DNA of 64,000 nucleotides from positions 18,786 through 82,785 of the forward strand of contig JABHWM010000020.1 in NCBI GenBank assembly GCA_018657765.1, read 5' to 3'. A program made the position numbers and the translations under genes. Position 1 is the stretch's first letter; each line of letters opens with the position of its first letter. Shown here one piece after another: positions 39,595-49,217 of the stretch. Origin of the DNA: Minisyncoccota bacterium (GTDB lineage Bacteria; Patescibacteriota; Microgenomatia; UBA1400; PJMF01). The notes beneath the pieces were generated by a model that was not told the origin of the DNA, ran no database searches, and worked only from the letters and a program-made list of their open reading frames with translations.

Positions 39595-40464
39595 ATTTAT
39601 TGGGTGTTTTTAGTGAGACGATTGAAAGAGAGTGCGCTCTCGCTCTTCTCTTCCAAAGTAGTAAAAAGGAACTAACTGACTAACAATTATTTATTTACCT
39701 TGATACCACTTCCCAAAATATTCTAAAAAGCTTTTTTTACCCCTATAAAAAGACCTATTCGGGTTTTATATGAGCCACTCTCATTTGATGAGATTTATTG
39801 CTAATTTTCTGTACTTGAGGTGAACCAGGCTATAAACAGGCTTCTACTCGAGTAAATTAGGTCTCAAATCTAGACTAGATATACATTTTTTACTCAGTTA
39901 TTCCAGGGGTAGAGATCTATTCTTGCAGAATTCATGCTGTATCTGAACAAAGAAGTGAATGAAAATATATCATGTACAAGACAATACTAGTGTTCTACTC
40001 GGGCAAATAAGCTTAAATAACTCTAACGCTGAAAGTGAAAGATCCTATAACTTTTTCACGAGAAGGCTTATAGTTTTCCACAATTTACTATAATATTATA
40101 GGACTATATCAAACTATATCACTTTCCCCTTTTTACCCTGGACTCCTACTCTATTTTTTAGCAGCACTTCCCCATTTTTGCGACTTAAAATTTATTTAAT
40201 TAATAAAAAAACATTAAAACTGCCCTTATAAAAAATAATTAACTTGTTCTGAAGCCTTCAGAATAGCATTTCTAACTAAATCTAGTATTCCAGATGAAAA
40301 CCTCTGGTACTCCCCTCCACTCTAGTTAATTTTCTTAGCCTGGTATCCAGGCAGAGAAAAACTACAAAAAACCTAAAAACTACCTCTAAATAATAGGTTT
40401 TCACTAAAATAACACTTAAATATAAAAACAAACAGGTAAGTTAAAAACACAGAGTAGGACTTCT

Positions 40465-41232
40465 CTACTTCCAAGGCAACAAAAGAAAGAAAATAAACCC
40501 TAGAAATACTGCTACCAGAGTATATTCATTAGCCGTATTATGAAAAAGCCGCTCTTTAATCTGACTCTGTAATACCCCTAGGCCAATATAAAGTAACCCC
40601 ATGATAAATAAGGCATTGTGCCAGGCAGGGAAAGGCAATAAAGATAATAAGGCCATAAGTTCTGCCAAGATAAGAGTTAATAAAGTGGTTTTCTGAAAAA
40701 TAGAAATACTAACAGAAGATTCTAATTTTATGGACCATAAGCTCATCATAATGAGTGGAAAATGAACAATTGATCCAAGCAACGCATTGCTATAAAAAGG
40801 CAGTCTTAAAGAGAAAATCGTATTGGTCAAAAGCATTGAAGTAAAAAGGGTGAAAAACAAGCCTACAGCGTGTGCTGCATATAGAAGCTGGATCGTTCGA
40901 CCCTTTGCAACAGAAAAAATATTACTAGTAAGGTATAAAGCATACATTCCTACCCCAAATAAAAGTAAAAGAATTATCCTTGTTAAAAAAGCACTGGGTA
41001 GTAAAAAATAAAATAAAGCTACTGCTGCTGTATAAATAACTGGAAAAGGCAATATGGTTGACCACTCATGAACCTGTAAATCATCACTCAGAGCCCAGGC
41101 AGAAACTCCATATGTAGCAGCCATCAAACCTGCAATCGCATAGTAACGCCACTCTAGACCGGTGTACTGGACCAAAGCCAAACCAACACTTAAAAATAGA
41201 GCCGCTAGAACAAATTTTTCTCTTCTTCGCAT
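40465..41232 (-). CDS. Hypothetical polytopic membrane protein
   Basis: 255 aa with about 8 hydrophobic helices and no recognisable motifs. Confidence 0.6.
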   Translation of the reverse strand: MRRREKFVLAALFLSVGLALVQYTGLEWRYYAIAGLMAATYGVSAWALSDDLQVHEWSTILPFPVIYTAAVALFYFLLPSAFLTRIILLLLFGVGMYALYLTSNIFSVAKGRTIQLLYAAHAVGLFFTLFTSMLLTNTIFSLRLPFYSNALLGSIVHFPLIMMSLWSIKLESSVSISIFQKTTLLTLILAELMALLSLLPFPAWHNALFIMGLLYIGLGVLQSQIKERLFHNTANEYTLVAVFLGFIFFLLLPWK

Positions 41233-41256
41233 ATTTATTATTTATATAGAGTTAGC

Positions 41257-41817
41257 TTACTCCTTATTCTCCCATTCACCACTACAAAAAACTTCTTCTA
41301 CATCATCATTGTCTCGTAAGTTATCTATTAATGATTGTAACGCTTCTTGCTGAGTTGGGTCTTCTACTTGAAAAGGAATAGCTACTGTATAGCTTCCATC
41401 TTTTGACCTAGAAAAAAGATACATTGCTGATCCAGGTGCACCAACAGATCCACCACCTTTTGAAAAAATAGTTTTAACTTCAGAGTTAGTTCTATTAGAA
41501 TTATCAGTAAAAACAACAGCTAACATCCCAACTCCACCAGGACCAAAACCTTCATAAACTATCTCACGGACTTGTCCACCTTTGCCTTTACCCAGACCCA
41601 CATCGATAGCTTTCTTGATTTTTTCATTAGGCATGTTTTCTGAACGAGCTTTTTCCAGAATAGTTCTTAAAGTAGGATTTGCCTGAGGATCACCAGATTT
41701 TCCCTCTTTCACAGCAGATCTAATTTGACGAGCGATCATTCCAAAAATCTTGCCCCTCTTTGCATCAACCGCACCTTTTCTTTTCTTAATATTATTCCAT
41801 TTGCTATGTCCAGCCAT
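41257..41817 (-). CDS. YebC/PmpR-family protein (shortened)
   Basis: MAGHSKWNNIKKRKGAVDAKRGKIF is the invariant YebC N-terminus, so the start is placed at ATG 41817. About 186 aa versus about 240 aa typically. Confidence 0.85.
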   Translation of the reverse strand: MAGHSKWNNIKKRKGAVDAKRGKIFGMIARQIRSAVKEGKSGDPQANPTLRTILEKARSENMPNEKIKKAIDVGLGKGKGGQVREIVYEGFGPGGVGMLAVVFTDNSNRTNSEVKTIFSKGGGSVGAPGSAMYLFSRSKDGSYTVAIPFQVEDPTQQEALQSLIDNLRDNDDVEEVFCSGEWENKE

Positions 41818-41944
41818 ATAATCCCTTCCACGCAATTGTATGTTACACACTATTAGTTGACAATATTAGTCTTTACCAGTATCCTTTCACGAAGTTTTTC
41901 AAAACGATTTTTAACATAGAATAAAATAAAAAAGGGACTGATAC

Positions 41945-42700
41945 ATGAAAAAATACGCCACTTTAATACAGGAGGCAATCAGTGCAGCCAAGAGCCAAGA
42001 TTGGAAGAAGGCTCTTGAGTTAAATAACGAACTTCTAGAAAGAAATAATAAAGATGTTGGAGCCCTTAATAGGATTGGTTTGGCTCATCTTCAGCTAGAA
42101 GAAACAGGTAAAGCTAAAAAATCTTTCGCTGCTGTTATTGAAATAGATAAGTCTAATATTATTGCTAATAAACATTTGAAAAATATTAAAAATAAACAAA
42201 AAACTAGCCTTTCTATGGCTCAAACATATTTCATTGAAGAACCTGGAAAAACAAAAATCACTGTTCTGCATAGATTAGCCAGAAAAGATTTACTTAAAAA
42301 ACTTCAGGTTGGTCAAAAATGCTCACTAATTATCAAAGGTAAACATATTTCTATCGAAACAGAAGAAAATAAATATGTTGGAGCTTTACCAGATGATTTA
42401 TCATTCCGTCTTTGTAAATTAATCCAAAGAGGTAATAAATATGACTGTCTTATTCATAAAATTACTACCAAGAGCTGTTCTGTTCACTTAAAAGAAAATA
42501 GAGTTTCTGCAAAGAACAAACATATTCTTTCGTTTCCTACTGGAAAAGCTTCTGCAATTCAAAGCATCTCTCCTCTTGAGGAAGAATTTCTTATTGAGAA
42601 AGATATTCCTATCAACATAAATAATGAATCTACTAACGAAAATAAAACAGATGAATTCGAGAATACTCTTGAAAAAATAAATAAGGGTGAAGAGATCTAA
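41945..42700 (+). CDS. Hypothetical protein with N-terminal TPR-like repeats
   Basis: AISAAKSQDWKKALELNNELLERNNKDVGALNRIGLAHLQLEETGKAKKSF is a TPR-like pattern. The remainder is unrecognised. Confidence 0.6.
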   Translation: MKKYATLIQEAISAAKSQDWKKALELNNELLERNNKDVGALNRIGLAHLQLEETGKAKKSFAAVIEIDKSNIIANKHLKNIKNKQKTSLSMAQTYFIEEPGKTKITVLHRLARKDLLKKLQVGQKCSLIIKGKHISIETEENKYVGALPDDLSFRLCKLIQRGNKYDCLIHKITTKSCSVHLKENRVSAKNKHILSFPTGKASAIQSISPLEEEFLIEKDIPININNESTNENKTDEFENTLEKINKGEEI

Positions 42701-43681
42701 CTACTGATCCATATCTACACCAAGTTTTATCACGATATCAGCCCGGTATTGCTGAACTACCTGATCATCTTCTTTATAACTAATAGAACCTGGAAGTAAC
42801 TTTTCTGTTTTTTCTCTGGCTTTCTGGCAATTATTTTGTATCAAAGGGTCACTACTAACTACTATTTCAGTTCTTTCCAAGACATCTTCATCATTACCAA
42901 TTCTAATCACTGAAAATCCATCCTGGCTTAATACAGAGTCTATTCTGCCAGCCAGACCACTCATCGAAGTTGTATTGACCAAAGCAATACTACATAGAAA
43001 ACTATTAGTATCAGTAATAGCTAACTTTTTTTTCAAAGGAAAATCTTTCTGAGTATCATGAATATTAACTTCTGTTCTAGAATCACTCATCAGGGCTATC
43101 CAAGAAAATTTTGTTTTCATTGATGATGGTAACTCTAGTATTTCTTTGGAAAATAAAAGTTTTCTGAAATTATTTTTTCTATCCCACTGAGCCAAAGTCT
43201 CACTAACTGGCCAAACATCATCAACCACTGTTCCCAAAGTGAAACTATAAGTAGAACGAACTAAATTCAATGGCTTCTTCTCGAATGAAGCCAATAAAGG
43301 ATAAATAGCCTGAAAACGATAATCACCATACTCACCTACTTCTATCTCTACAGAAGTATCGAGTGGATACACATTAACATATAACTGTGAAAAATCTGCT
43401 TCTACAAGATAAGCTGGTGAACTATCTACTTCCCTGGAAACTACAAGAATAGTTTGCTTTGCATGGTTACTAACAAAGTCGCCAAAATGAATATTTCTGA
43501 TCATTAATCCAATAAAAAATAAACCCAATCCAAAACTCAAATATTTGAAACTTCGTTTTGATATAAAACCTTGTTTACTTTTTCTTTTATTCTTCTTTGA
43601 ACTGGCGTTTGTGGCAAAATCTTTCACTTTTTCTATTATGAGAAGAAATTGCTTCTGAGGCAAGACTACTTCTGCAAACAA
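42701..43681 (-). CDS. Membrane-anchored protein with LytR_C-like C-terminal domain
   Basis: TM helix (YLSFGLGLFFIGLMI). The C-terminus GLAGRIDSVLSQDGFSVIRIGNDEDVLERTEIVVSSD resembles LytR_C. The TTG start at 43681 is uncertain (alternative GTG at 43627). Confidence 0.55.
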   Translation of the reverse strand: MFAEVVLPQKQFLLIIEKVKDFATNASSKKNKRKSKQGFISKRSFKYLSFGLGLFFIGLMIRNIHFGDFVSNHAKQTILVVSREVDSSPAYLVEADFSQLYVNVYPLDTSVEIEVGEYGDYRFQAIYPLLASFEKKPLNLVRSTYSFTLGTVVDDVWPVSETLAQWDRKNNFRKLLFSKEILELPSSMKTKFSWIALMSDSRTEVNIHDTQKDFPLKKKLAITDTNSFLCSIALVNTTSMSGLAGRIDSVLSQDGFSVIRIGNDEDVLERTEIVVSSDPLIQNNCQKAREKTEKLLPGSISYKEDDQVVQQYRADIVIKLGVDMDQ

Positions 43682-43685
43682 AAAA

Positions 43686-43710
43686 GCGAGTACTTATTTT
43701 AAGTACTCGC
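43686..43710 (-). terminator. Rho-independent terminator after tsf
   Basis: Perfect 10-bp stem GCGAGTACTT/AAGTACTCGC with a 5-nt loop. On the minus strand it is followed by TTTTT. Confidence 0.7.
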
Positions 43711-43737
43711 CTCTTATTTTTTAAAAAATTAATTAAT

Positions 43738-44208
43738 TTACTCAGCAATCTCAGCACCAACCTCGAAACGTACAAATCTTCGTAACTCCATCTTTTCACC
43801 GATCTTACCGCTCAAAGCTTTGATCATCATTGCAATAGTAGTACTAGCATCACGAACAAATTCTTGTTCTAAAAGCTCTTCTACAGTTGCTGGATTCATA
43901 GCAGTAACATGCATAGCAATATCACTAGCCATACTTGTAAACTCTTCATTTTTTGCAACAAAATCAGTTTCACAAACTATCTCTACCAAACTAGCAACCT
44001 TACCAGTGTTGTGAACATAACTGGCTATATAGCCTTCTTTTGTTTCACGATCAGAATTCTTCTCTGCTCTTGCAAGACCTTTTTCTTCAACGATTTTAAC
44101 TGCCTTGTCAAAATCACCATCAGCCTTTTCCAAAGCTTTTTTACAGTCCATTATACGAGCACTAGTTGCTTCTCTAAGTTTTTTAATATCATCCATGGAA
44201 ATAGCCAT
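43738..44208 (-). CDS. tsf: Elongation factor Ts (short form, 156 aa)
   Basis: UBA-like N-terminus (IKKLREATSARIMDCKKALEKADGDFDKAV) and the core motif VEIVCETDFVAKNEEF. Lies downstream of rpsB, the usual synteny. Confidence 0.85.
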   Translation of the reverse strand: MAISMDDIKKLREATSARIMDCKKALEKADGDFDKAVKIVEEKGLARAEKNSDRETKEGYIASYVHNTGKVASLVEIVCETDFVAKNEEFTSMASDIAMHVTAMNPATVEELLEQEFVRDASTTIAMMIKALSGKIGEKMELRRFVRFEVGAEIAE

Positions 44209-44238
44209 TATGATCCTCCTTTATTTATTCTTTAAATT

Positions 44239-44961
44239 TTATTTTTTAGATTTTCTTCCCTCAGCATAAGCTTTGGAAAGTTCAGTAAGTACAATTTCAA
44301 TACTACTCAAAGCATCATCATTACCAGGAATAGGTAAATCTATATTAGCTGGGTTAGTATTGGAATCAATCAAAGCAATAACAGGAATTCCCACTTTAGT
44401 GGCTTCTGCTACAGCATTTTTTTCTCTTTTTGGATCAATGACAACGAGACAATCAGGTTTACCTTTGAGATCTTTTACACCTTCAAAGAAACGAGATAAA
44501 CGATTATGTTCTTTTTCTAGCTGAACTCTTTCAAATTTTGTATATCCATCGAATTTTCCAGATTCAAGACCACTAGCAATAGTATTCATTCTCTTGATAG
44601 ATTTATTTATCTGATTCCAGTTAGTGAGCATTCCACCCATCCAACGTTGAGCCATATATAAAGCACCTGCTTCAGAAGCTTTTCCACGAACTAAATCTCT
44701 AGCTTGACGTTTTGTACCAACAAAAATAACTTTCTTACCTTTACTCCCTAGATCAAATAAGAAATTGTAAGCTAATTTTAGTTGAGCTTCTGTTTTTGCT
44801 AAATCAAAAATATGAACACCATCTTTTTCCATGTAGATGAAGTCCTTCATTTTTGGATGCCATTTGGCACTACTGTGTCCAAAATGCATACCTGCCTCAA
44901 GAAAATTTCTCAAGTCGTACTCTGGAGCTTTATCTGGATATTCTGAAAAATCCATAAACAT
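44239..44961 (-). CDS. rpsB: 30S ribosomal protein S2
   Basis: LLEAGMHFGHSSAKWHPKM, ILFVGTKRQA-like and RWMGGMLTNW motifs. Confidence 0.95.
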   Translation of the reverse strand: MFMDFSEYPDKAPEYDLRNFLEAGMHFGHSSAKWHPKMKDFIYMEKDGVHIFDLAKTEAQLKLAYNFLFDLGSKGKKVIFVGTKRQARDLVRGKASEAGALYMAQRWMGGMLTNWNQINKSIKRMNTIASGLESGKFDGYTKFERVQLEKEHNRLSRFFEGVKDLKGKPDCLVVIDPKREKNAVAEATKVGIPVIALIDSNTNPANIDLPIPGNDDALSSIEIVLTELSKAYAEGRKSKK

Positions 44962-45092
44962 ATATGTCCTTGCTTCTCCGAATTCTTATTCGGTGTCTCC
45001 CCTCTCACTACAAATCAGGACGATGTAAAAAGTGATTTGGGGCTAATAATACTTATTAATTTTCACTAACTACTGTCAATGAAGAGATTGGA

Positions 45093-46025
45093 TTATATCA
45101 TAGATTTCATCTGGTGTAACCAAAAAGCATTCTCCATCAAACTAACAACCGTCATTGGCCCTACTCCGCCAGGAACTGGAGTCACTGCAGCGGCAATATT
45201 CATTACAGAATCTTGATCAACATCACCATTGGGTTCACCTACATCTATGATGACTGATCCTTCTTTCACCATACTGCCATTTATCAGATTTTTTCTGCCT
45301 GTAGCTGTTACTATTACATCTGCATCTTTCAAGAAAATATTATCCTCAATTCTTGTTTTTAATTCCTGTGAACCAATCATTTCTACAGAACATTTTTTTG
45401 AAGATAGAACAGCATAAAGTGGTTGGCCCAATAAATCTGACTTACCAATAATTACTGTTTTTAGAGAGTTATCACGAAGATGTGCAAAGAGATGTTCTGT
45501 CTCAAATGCTTTTTCCAAAAGTCTAATAGTTGCCTGACAAGTTGCTGGTAAAACTCTACCTTTTGCTCTCCAGCCACCTTCTTGTAAAGTACTCAGATTA
45601 CTAGGATGAAGTCCATCTACATCTTTATTTATATCTAGTACAGAGACTAACTCTCTCCACCATTTACCAAATTTATCTTTTCCTTCTTCCATAGAATAAC
45701 CACTAGCTTTTATCCAAGTTTTTCTCCATGGTTTCTGAATAATAATCCCGGTGATATCTGTTTGTTTATTAAGCTTTTGCAGCTTATCAATAATCTTTTG
45801 CTGATCATCAACAACAGAGAAAGAAAAAACCCGATACTCTATCCCCAAATCCTCTGCTAATTCTTTTTTTAGCCTAGTATAAAGTTGACTACCAATGTCC
45901 TCATGAAAAAGAATCGCAGCAATCACCAGCTTAGTTTCTGATAAACGTAAGGCTCTAGCTTCATCTAGAAGTTTTTTCTGATAATAAAAAGCCAGCTGGT
46001 AGCCATCAAGTATTTTTGTTTTCAT
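45093..46025 (-). CDS. folD: Bifunctional methylenetetrahydrofolate dehydrogenase/cyclohydrolase
   Basis: N-terminal ILDG.., a DVDG motif, and C-terminal VTPVPGGVGPMTV. Confidence 0.9.
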   Translation of the reverse strand: MKTKILDGYQLAFYYQKKLLDEARALRLSETKLVIAAILFHEDIGSQLYTRLKKELAEDLGIEYRVFSFSVVDDQQKIIDKLQKLNKQTDITGIIIQKPWRKTWIKASGYSMEEGKDKFGKWWRELVSVLDINKDVDGLHPSNLSTLQEGGWRAKGRVLPATCQATIRLLEKAFETEHLFAHLRDNSLKTVIIGKSDLLGQPLYAVLSSKKCSVEMIGSQELKTRIEDNIFLKDADVIVTATGRKNLINGSMVKEGSVIIDVGEPNGDVDQDSVMNIAAAVTPVPGGVGPMTVVSLMENAFWLHQMKSMI

Positions 46026-46056
46026 TTTTTAATATCTTTTTTAAGATTTTATCTGG

Positions 46057-46902
46057 TTATTTTAACATTTTCTTTAGCTTATTAATATTTTCTGCATCAG
46101 GACCTTTGCCTTCACCTGGAACTTCTAGAACTAGAGGTATGTTTTTAAGTCGTTTATCATTAACAAATTCCTCAAGTTCTTCAGGTGGAATGTTTCCTTC
46201 ACCAAGGTTGGCATGACGATCACGACCAGAGGCAAAAGTATCTCTACTATCATTGACATGAACACAAGCCAAAGTATCTAGTAGATCCAGCTTTTCAATT
46301 GTATCTACAACAGAGTTCTCACCAGATAAATTCCAGCCTGCAGCAAAACCATGACAGGTATCAAAACACCAACTCACTCTATCTGACTTAAGTTGATCCA
46401 TTAACCAACGAATCTCTGTAAGATCACTGGCTATTTTCCCTTTTTGACCAGCCGAATTCTCTATAATAAAAGTAGAGTCTTCTGGTGTGTCTTCCAAGAC
46501 TTCGGATATTCTTTGGACCATTAGATCTTTGGTAGCATCAAATCCTCTACCTTGATGACTACCCAAATGAACTACTACTCCAGCCCCCTTTATATGGCTA
46601 TCAAAACGTAAATCATGCTCCAAAGCCTCTATAGATTTTTGAGCTAGTTCTGGTTTATCTGTAGCAAGATTCACCAAATATAATGCATGAGTAAAGATTG
46701 GTGTAACATCATATTTATCTCTATTTGCAGATATTTTATCTACATTGATTCTATCCAAAGAGGTACGTCTCCACATCCGAGGACTTCCCGAAAAGATCTG
46801 TAAAGCATTGGCCCCAATTGCATGAGCTCTCTCTACGGCTTTATCTACTCCACCTGTAGTAGATAGATGAGCTCCTATTCTTTTTGTTTTTGCACTTTTC
46901 AT
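46057..46902 (-). CDS. nfo: Endonuclease IV (AP endonuclease family 2)
   Basis: IGAHLSTTGG, VVHLGSH, IENSAGQ, CFDTCH and HVNDS metal-ligand motifs. Confidence 0.9.
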   Translation of the reverse strand: MKSAKTKRIGAHLSTTGGVDKAVERAHAIGANALQIFSGSPRMWRRTSLDRINVDKISANRDKYDVTPIFTHALYLVNLATDKPELAQKSIEALEHDLRFDSHIKGAGVVVHLGSHQGRGFDATKDLMVQRISEVLEDTPEDSTFIIENSAGQKGKIASDLTEIRWLMDQLKSDRVSWCFDTCHGFAAGWNLSGENSVVDTIEKLDLLDTLACVHVNDSRDTFASGRDRHANLGEGNIPPEELEEFVNDKRLKNIPLVLEVPGEGKGPDAENINKLKKMLK

Positions 46903-46948
46903 AATTTTTCCAATCTAAAAATAGAGTTTCTCTTTCTATTACCAGTTA

Positions 46949-48307
46949 CTATTCCCAAGTAAATAATGGATACTTTTCTGCCAAAGTTTCTACTTCATGA
47001 CGAATAGCTAGCAACTTTTCATTTTTAAGAGCTTTTACTCTAAAGTCTTTAATGAATTGACGACGTTCTTTTTTATCACTTGGTAATTGTTCTCCTTTTA
47101 CTTCATCAACCACCGCAACTATCCAGTCAGCAATTTGCTCCATTTCTTTCTCTTTCATTCCTCTACTTGTTACTAAAGGAGTTCCAAGTCTTATTCCAGA
47201 TGGATAAAAAGGAGAGCATGGCTCATGAGGGATTGTATTTCTATTGGCATAAAGACCAGCCACATCCATCGCAAAAGCTACTTGTAATCCCATACCTTCT
47301 CCATAAGGAGTTAGATCTAAAAGCATTAGGTGAGTTTCTGTTCCTCCTCCTACCAATTTGAGACCTTTTTCTTGAAGAGATGCTGCTAAAACATCAGCGT
47401 TTTTTCTTACCTGTTGTCCATATTTCTTGAATTCAGGTCTAGCTGCTTCCTCAGCTGCAATAGCAATACCAGCTGTAGTTGCGTTATGAGGACCACCTTG
47501 TAGTGCTGGGAAAACTGCTTTATCTATTTTCTTTCCTAGATCAGGATCTCTATCAAGTCCTTTTTGAGTTACCAATATCATTGCACCACGAGGACCTCTA
47601 AAAGTTTTGTGAGTTGTAGACATAATCACATCTGCAAATGGTACTGGAGATAGATGTTCCTCTGCCACTACTAGACCAGTGACATGAGAGATGTCTGCCA
47701 ATAACCAAGCTCCCACCTCATCTGCAATCTCTCTGAACTTAGCAAAATCTAACTCAAAGGGATAAGCTGTATTTCCAGCAATTATTAATTTTGGCTTATG
47801 TTTCAGGGCTAGTTCTCTAACTTGCTCAAAATCAATTCTGGCATTTTCATCTAGACCATACTGAACAGAATTAAAGTATTTACCAGAGAAAGTTACCTTG
47901 GGATGGCCGTGAGTCAGATGTCCTCCTCCAGAAAGAGCTAGACCCATCATTGTGTCCCCAGGCTCTAGCAAAGCAAACTCTATAGCTCCATTTGCTGGAG
48001 ATCCAGAATATGGCTGAACATTAACATGAGGCACACCAAATAATTTTTTTATTCTTTCTTGAGCCAAAACCTCTATTTCATCAACAAACTGATTACCTTC
48101 ATAGTACCTACGATGAGGATAACCCTCTGCATACTTACTAGAAAGACAACTTGATAAAACCTCAGATACCTCTGGAGAAATATGATTTTCTGAAGGAATC
48201 AAACCAATCATTTTTGTCTGACGATCACATTCTTTATTAATTAGGGAAAAAACTATGTGACCCAGGTCATCTTCTCTTGTTTTACAATTCACCTTATCTT
48301 TTTTCAT
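46949..48307 (-). CDS. glyA: Serine hydroxymethyltransferase
   Basis: PLP-Lys motif TTHKTFRGPRGAMIL, SGGHLTHG, and YPHRRYYEG. Confidence 0.95.
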   Translation of the reverse strand: MKKDKVNCKTREDDLGHIVFSLINKECDRQTKMIGLIPSENHISPEVSEVLSSCLSSKYAEGYPHRRYYEGNQFVDEIEVLAQERIKKLFGVPHVNVQPYSGSPANGAIEFALLEPGDTMMGLALSGGGHLTHGHPKVTFSGKYFNSVQYGLDENARIDFEQVRELALKHKPKLIIAGNTAYPFELDFAKFREIADEVGAWLLADISHVTGLVVAEEHLSPVPFADVIMSTTHKTFRGPRGAMILVTQKGLDRDPDLGKKIDKAVFPALQGGPHNATTAGIAIAAEEAARPEFKKYGQQVRKNADVLAASLQEKGLKLVGGGTETHLMLLDLTPYGEGMGLQVAFAMDVAGLYANRNTIPHEPCSPFYPSGIRLGTPLVTSRGMKEKEMEQIADWIVAVVDEVKGEQLPSDKKERRQFIKDFRVKALKNEKLLAIRHEVETLAEKYPLFTWE

Positions 48308-48557
48308 GAATAACTACTTTCTTTTTATATAGTAGATCTTAATATACTACTTTTTTTATTGAATTACTGAATTTATACAAATACTTTTAAAATGAAACGA
48401 AAAATAACCAAACTCAAACCAAGTATGATCTGAATCTAATCAAAAAAACCTTAGCTAGCTAAGCAGTAGAAAGGCTAGTTAAAAAAAATAAACGAGATTT
48501 AATCATGATCTAGGTATTTTACTTTGTTTAGTAAAAACTGAAAAGAAGCTAATCTAA

Positions 48558-49172
48558 TTAGCCTAAATCTTGGTGATACTCTTCTAGCCACTCTTTTCTA
48601 GCACCCAACTGCATCATTCTCTTATTTATCTCCTCTACAGAAAGACCCTCTTTACTCCATTTTTCTTGGAAAAAAGAAAAAGCTTCCTTATTCTCATAAG
48701 GAAAAACAATCCAAGCACTTGTCTCTGGACCATGAAAATCTGGTTTGATAACTGAATGCTTTTTATAAAACAAAGTTACTATCGTAATATCCTTAACACC
48801 AGCTTCCAATAAATACTGCTTGGTAAACTCGAGTGACTTACCTGTATCTGCAACATCATCAAACAAAACTACACTTTCTCCTTTGACAGAGATTGGTAAT
48901 TCTTGGTAAACAACCGGCTTTTCAAAACGTTCCCCTATTTCTTTTTTATAGAACTTAACTCCAACACTAGCTACTTCTTTGATTCCAGTGAAATCTACTA
49001 AAGACCGAGTCATTGGCCAACCACCTTTTGCCAAAGTAATAATTCTATCTGCTTTAACTCCTGCCTGTTTCATTTTCTTTGATAATAAAAAAGTAATCTG
49101 GCTCATCTCATCCCAGGTGGGAGCGATGTATTCAATAGAATCATTAGAAAATGTAATTGTTGAAAAATCCAT
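48558..49172 (-). CDS. Phosphoribosyltransferase family protein (purine PRT-like)
   Basis: PRPP-binding loop VVLFDDVADTGKSL. 204 aa. Confidence 0.75.
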   Translation of the reverse strand: MDFSTITFSNDSIEYIAPTWDEMSQITFLLSKKMKQAGVKADRIITLAKGGWPMTRSLVDFTGIKEVASVGVKFYKKEIGERFEKPVVYQELPISVKGESVVLFDDVADTGKSLEFTKQYLLEAGVKDITIVTLFYKKHSVIKPDFHGPETSAWIVFPYENKEAFSFFQEKWSKEGLSVEEINKRMMQLGARKEWLEEYHQDLG

Positions 49173-49217
49173 AGATTTGCTTTCTGTTATGTTAAATTAA
49201 AAAACTAGTAACTCTGT

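Noticed and set aside
39842-40008. Direct repeat TTCTACTCGAGTAAAT / TTCTACTCGGGCAAAT (39842-39857 and 39993-40008, 14 of 16 identical)
   Set aside because: A back-of-envelope estimate suggests several such 14/16 matches are expected by chance in 1.8 kb of AT-biased DNA. It is not reported as a feature.
40074-40082. DnaA-box-like TTTTCCACA; idea that the AT-rich gap is oriC
   Set aside because: Only one box with a single mismatch was found by eye. There is no cluster and no dnaA or dnaN nearby, so the evidence for an origin is insufficient.
38669-40464. RNase P RNA, tmRNA, SRP RNA or a CRISPR array in the ORF-free region
   Set aside because: The conserved cores (GAGGAAAGUCC, tRNA-like GGUUCGA..CCA end with a tag ORF, SRP GGAA-tetraloop domain) were not seen on either strand, and there are no regularly spaced repeats. 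A covariance-model scan is still needed.
43587-44235. ORFs 43587-43799 (-), 43820-44014 (+) and 43909-44235 (+) around tsf
   Set aside because: They overlap tsf or span its terminator hairpin and carry no motifs. tsf is well supported by sequence and by rpsB-tsf synteny.
45051-45079. Promoter for rpsB (perfect TTGACA at 45079-45074 on the minus strand)
   Set aside because: The hexamer 17 nt downstream is ATAAGT (2 of 6 matches to TATAAT), and no better -10 lies at 16-18 nt. It is left unannotated.
48450-48463. Palindrome CTTAGCTAGCTAAG followed by a T-run on the minus strand as terminator of the PRT gene
   Set aside because: It gives only a 5-bp AT-rich stem with a 4-nt loop, which is too weak to call without a folding calculation.
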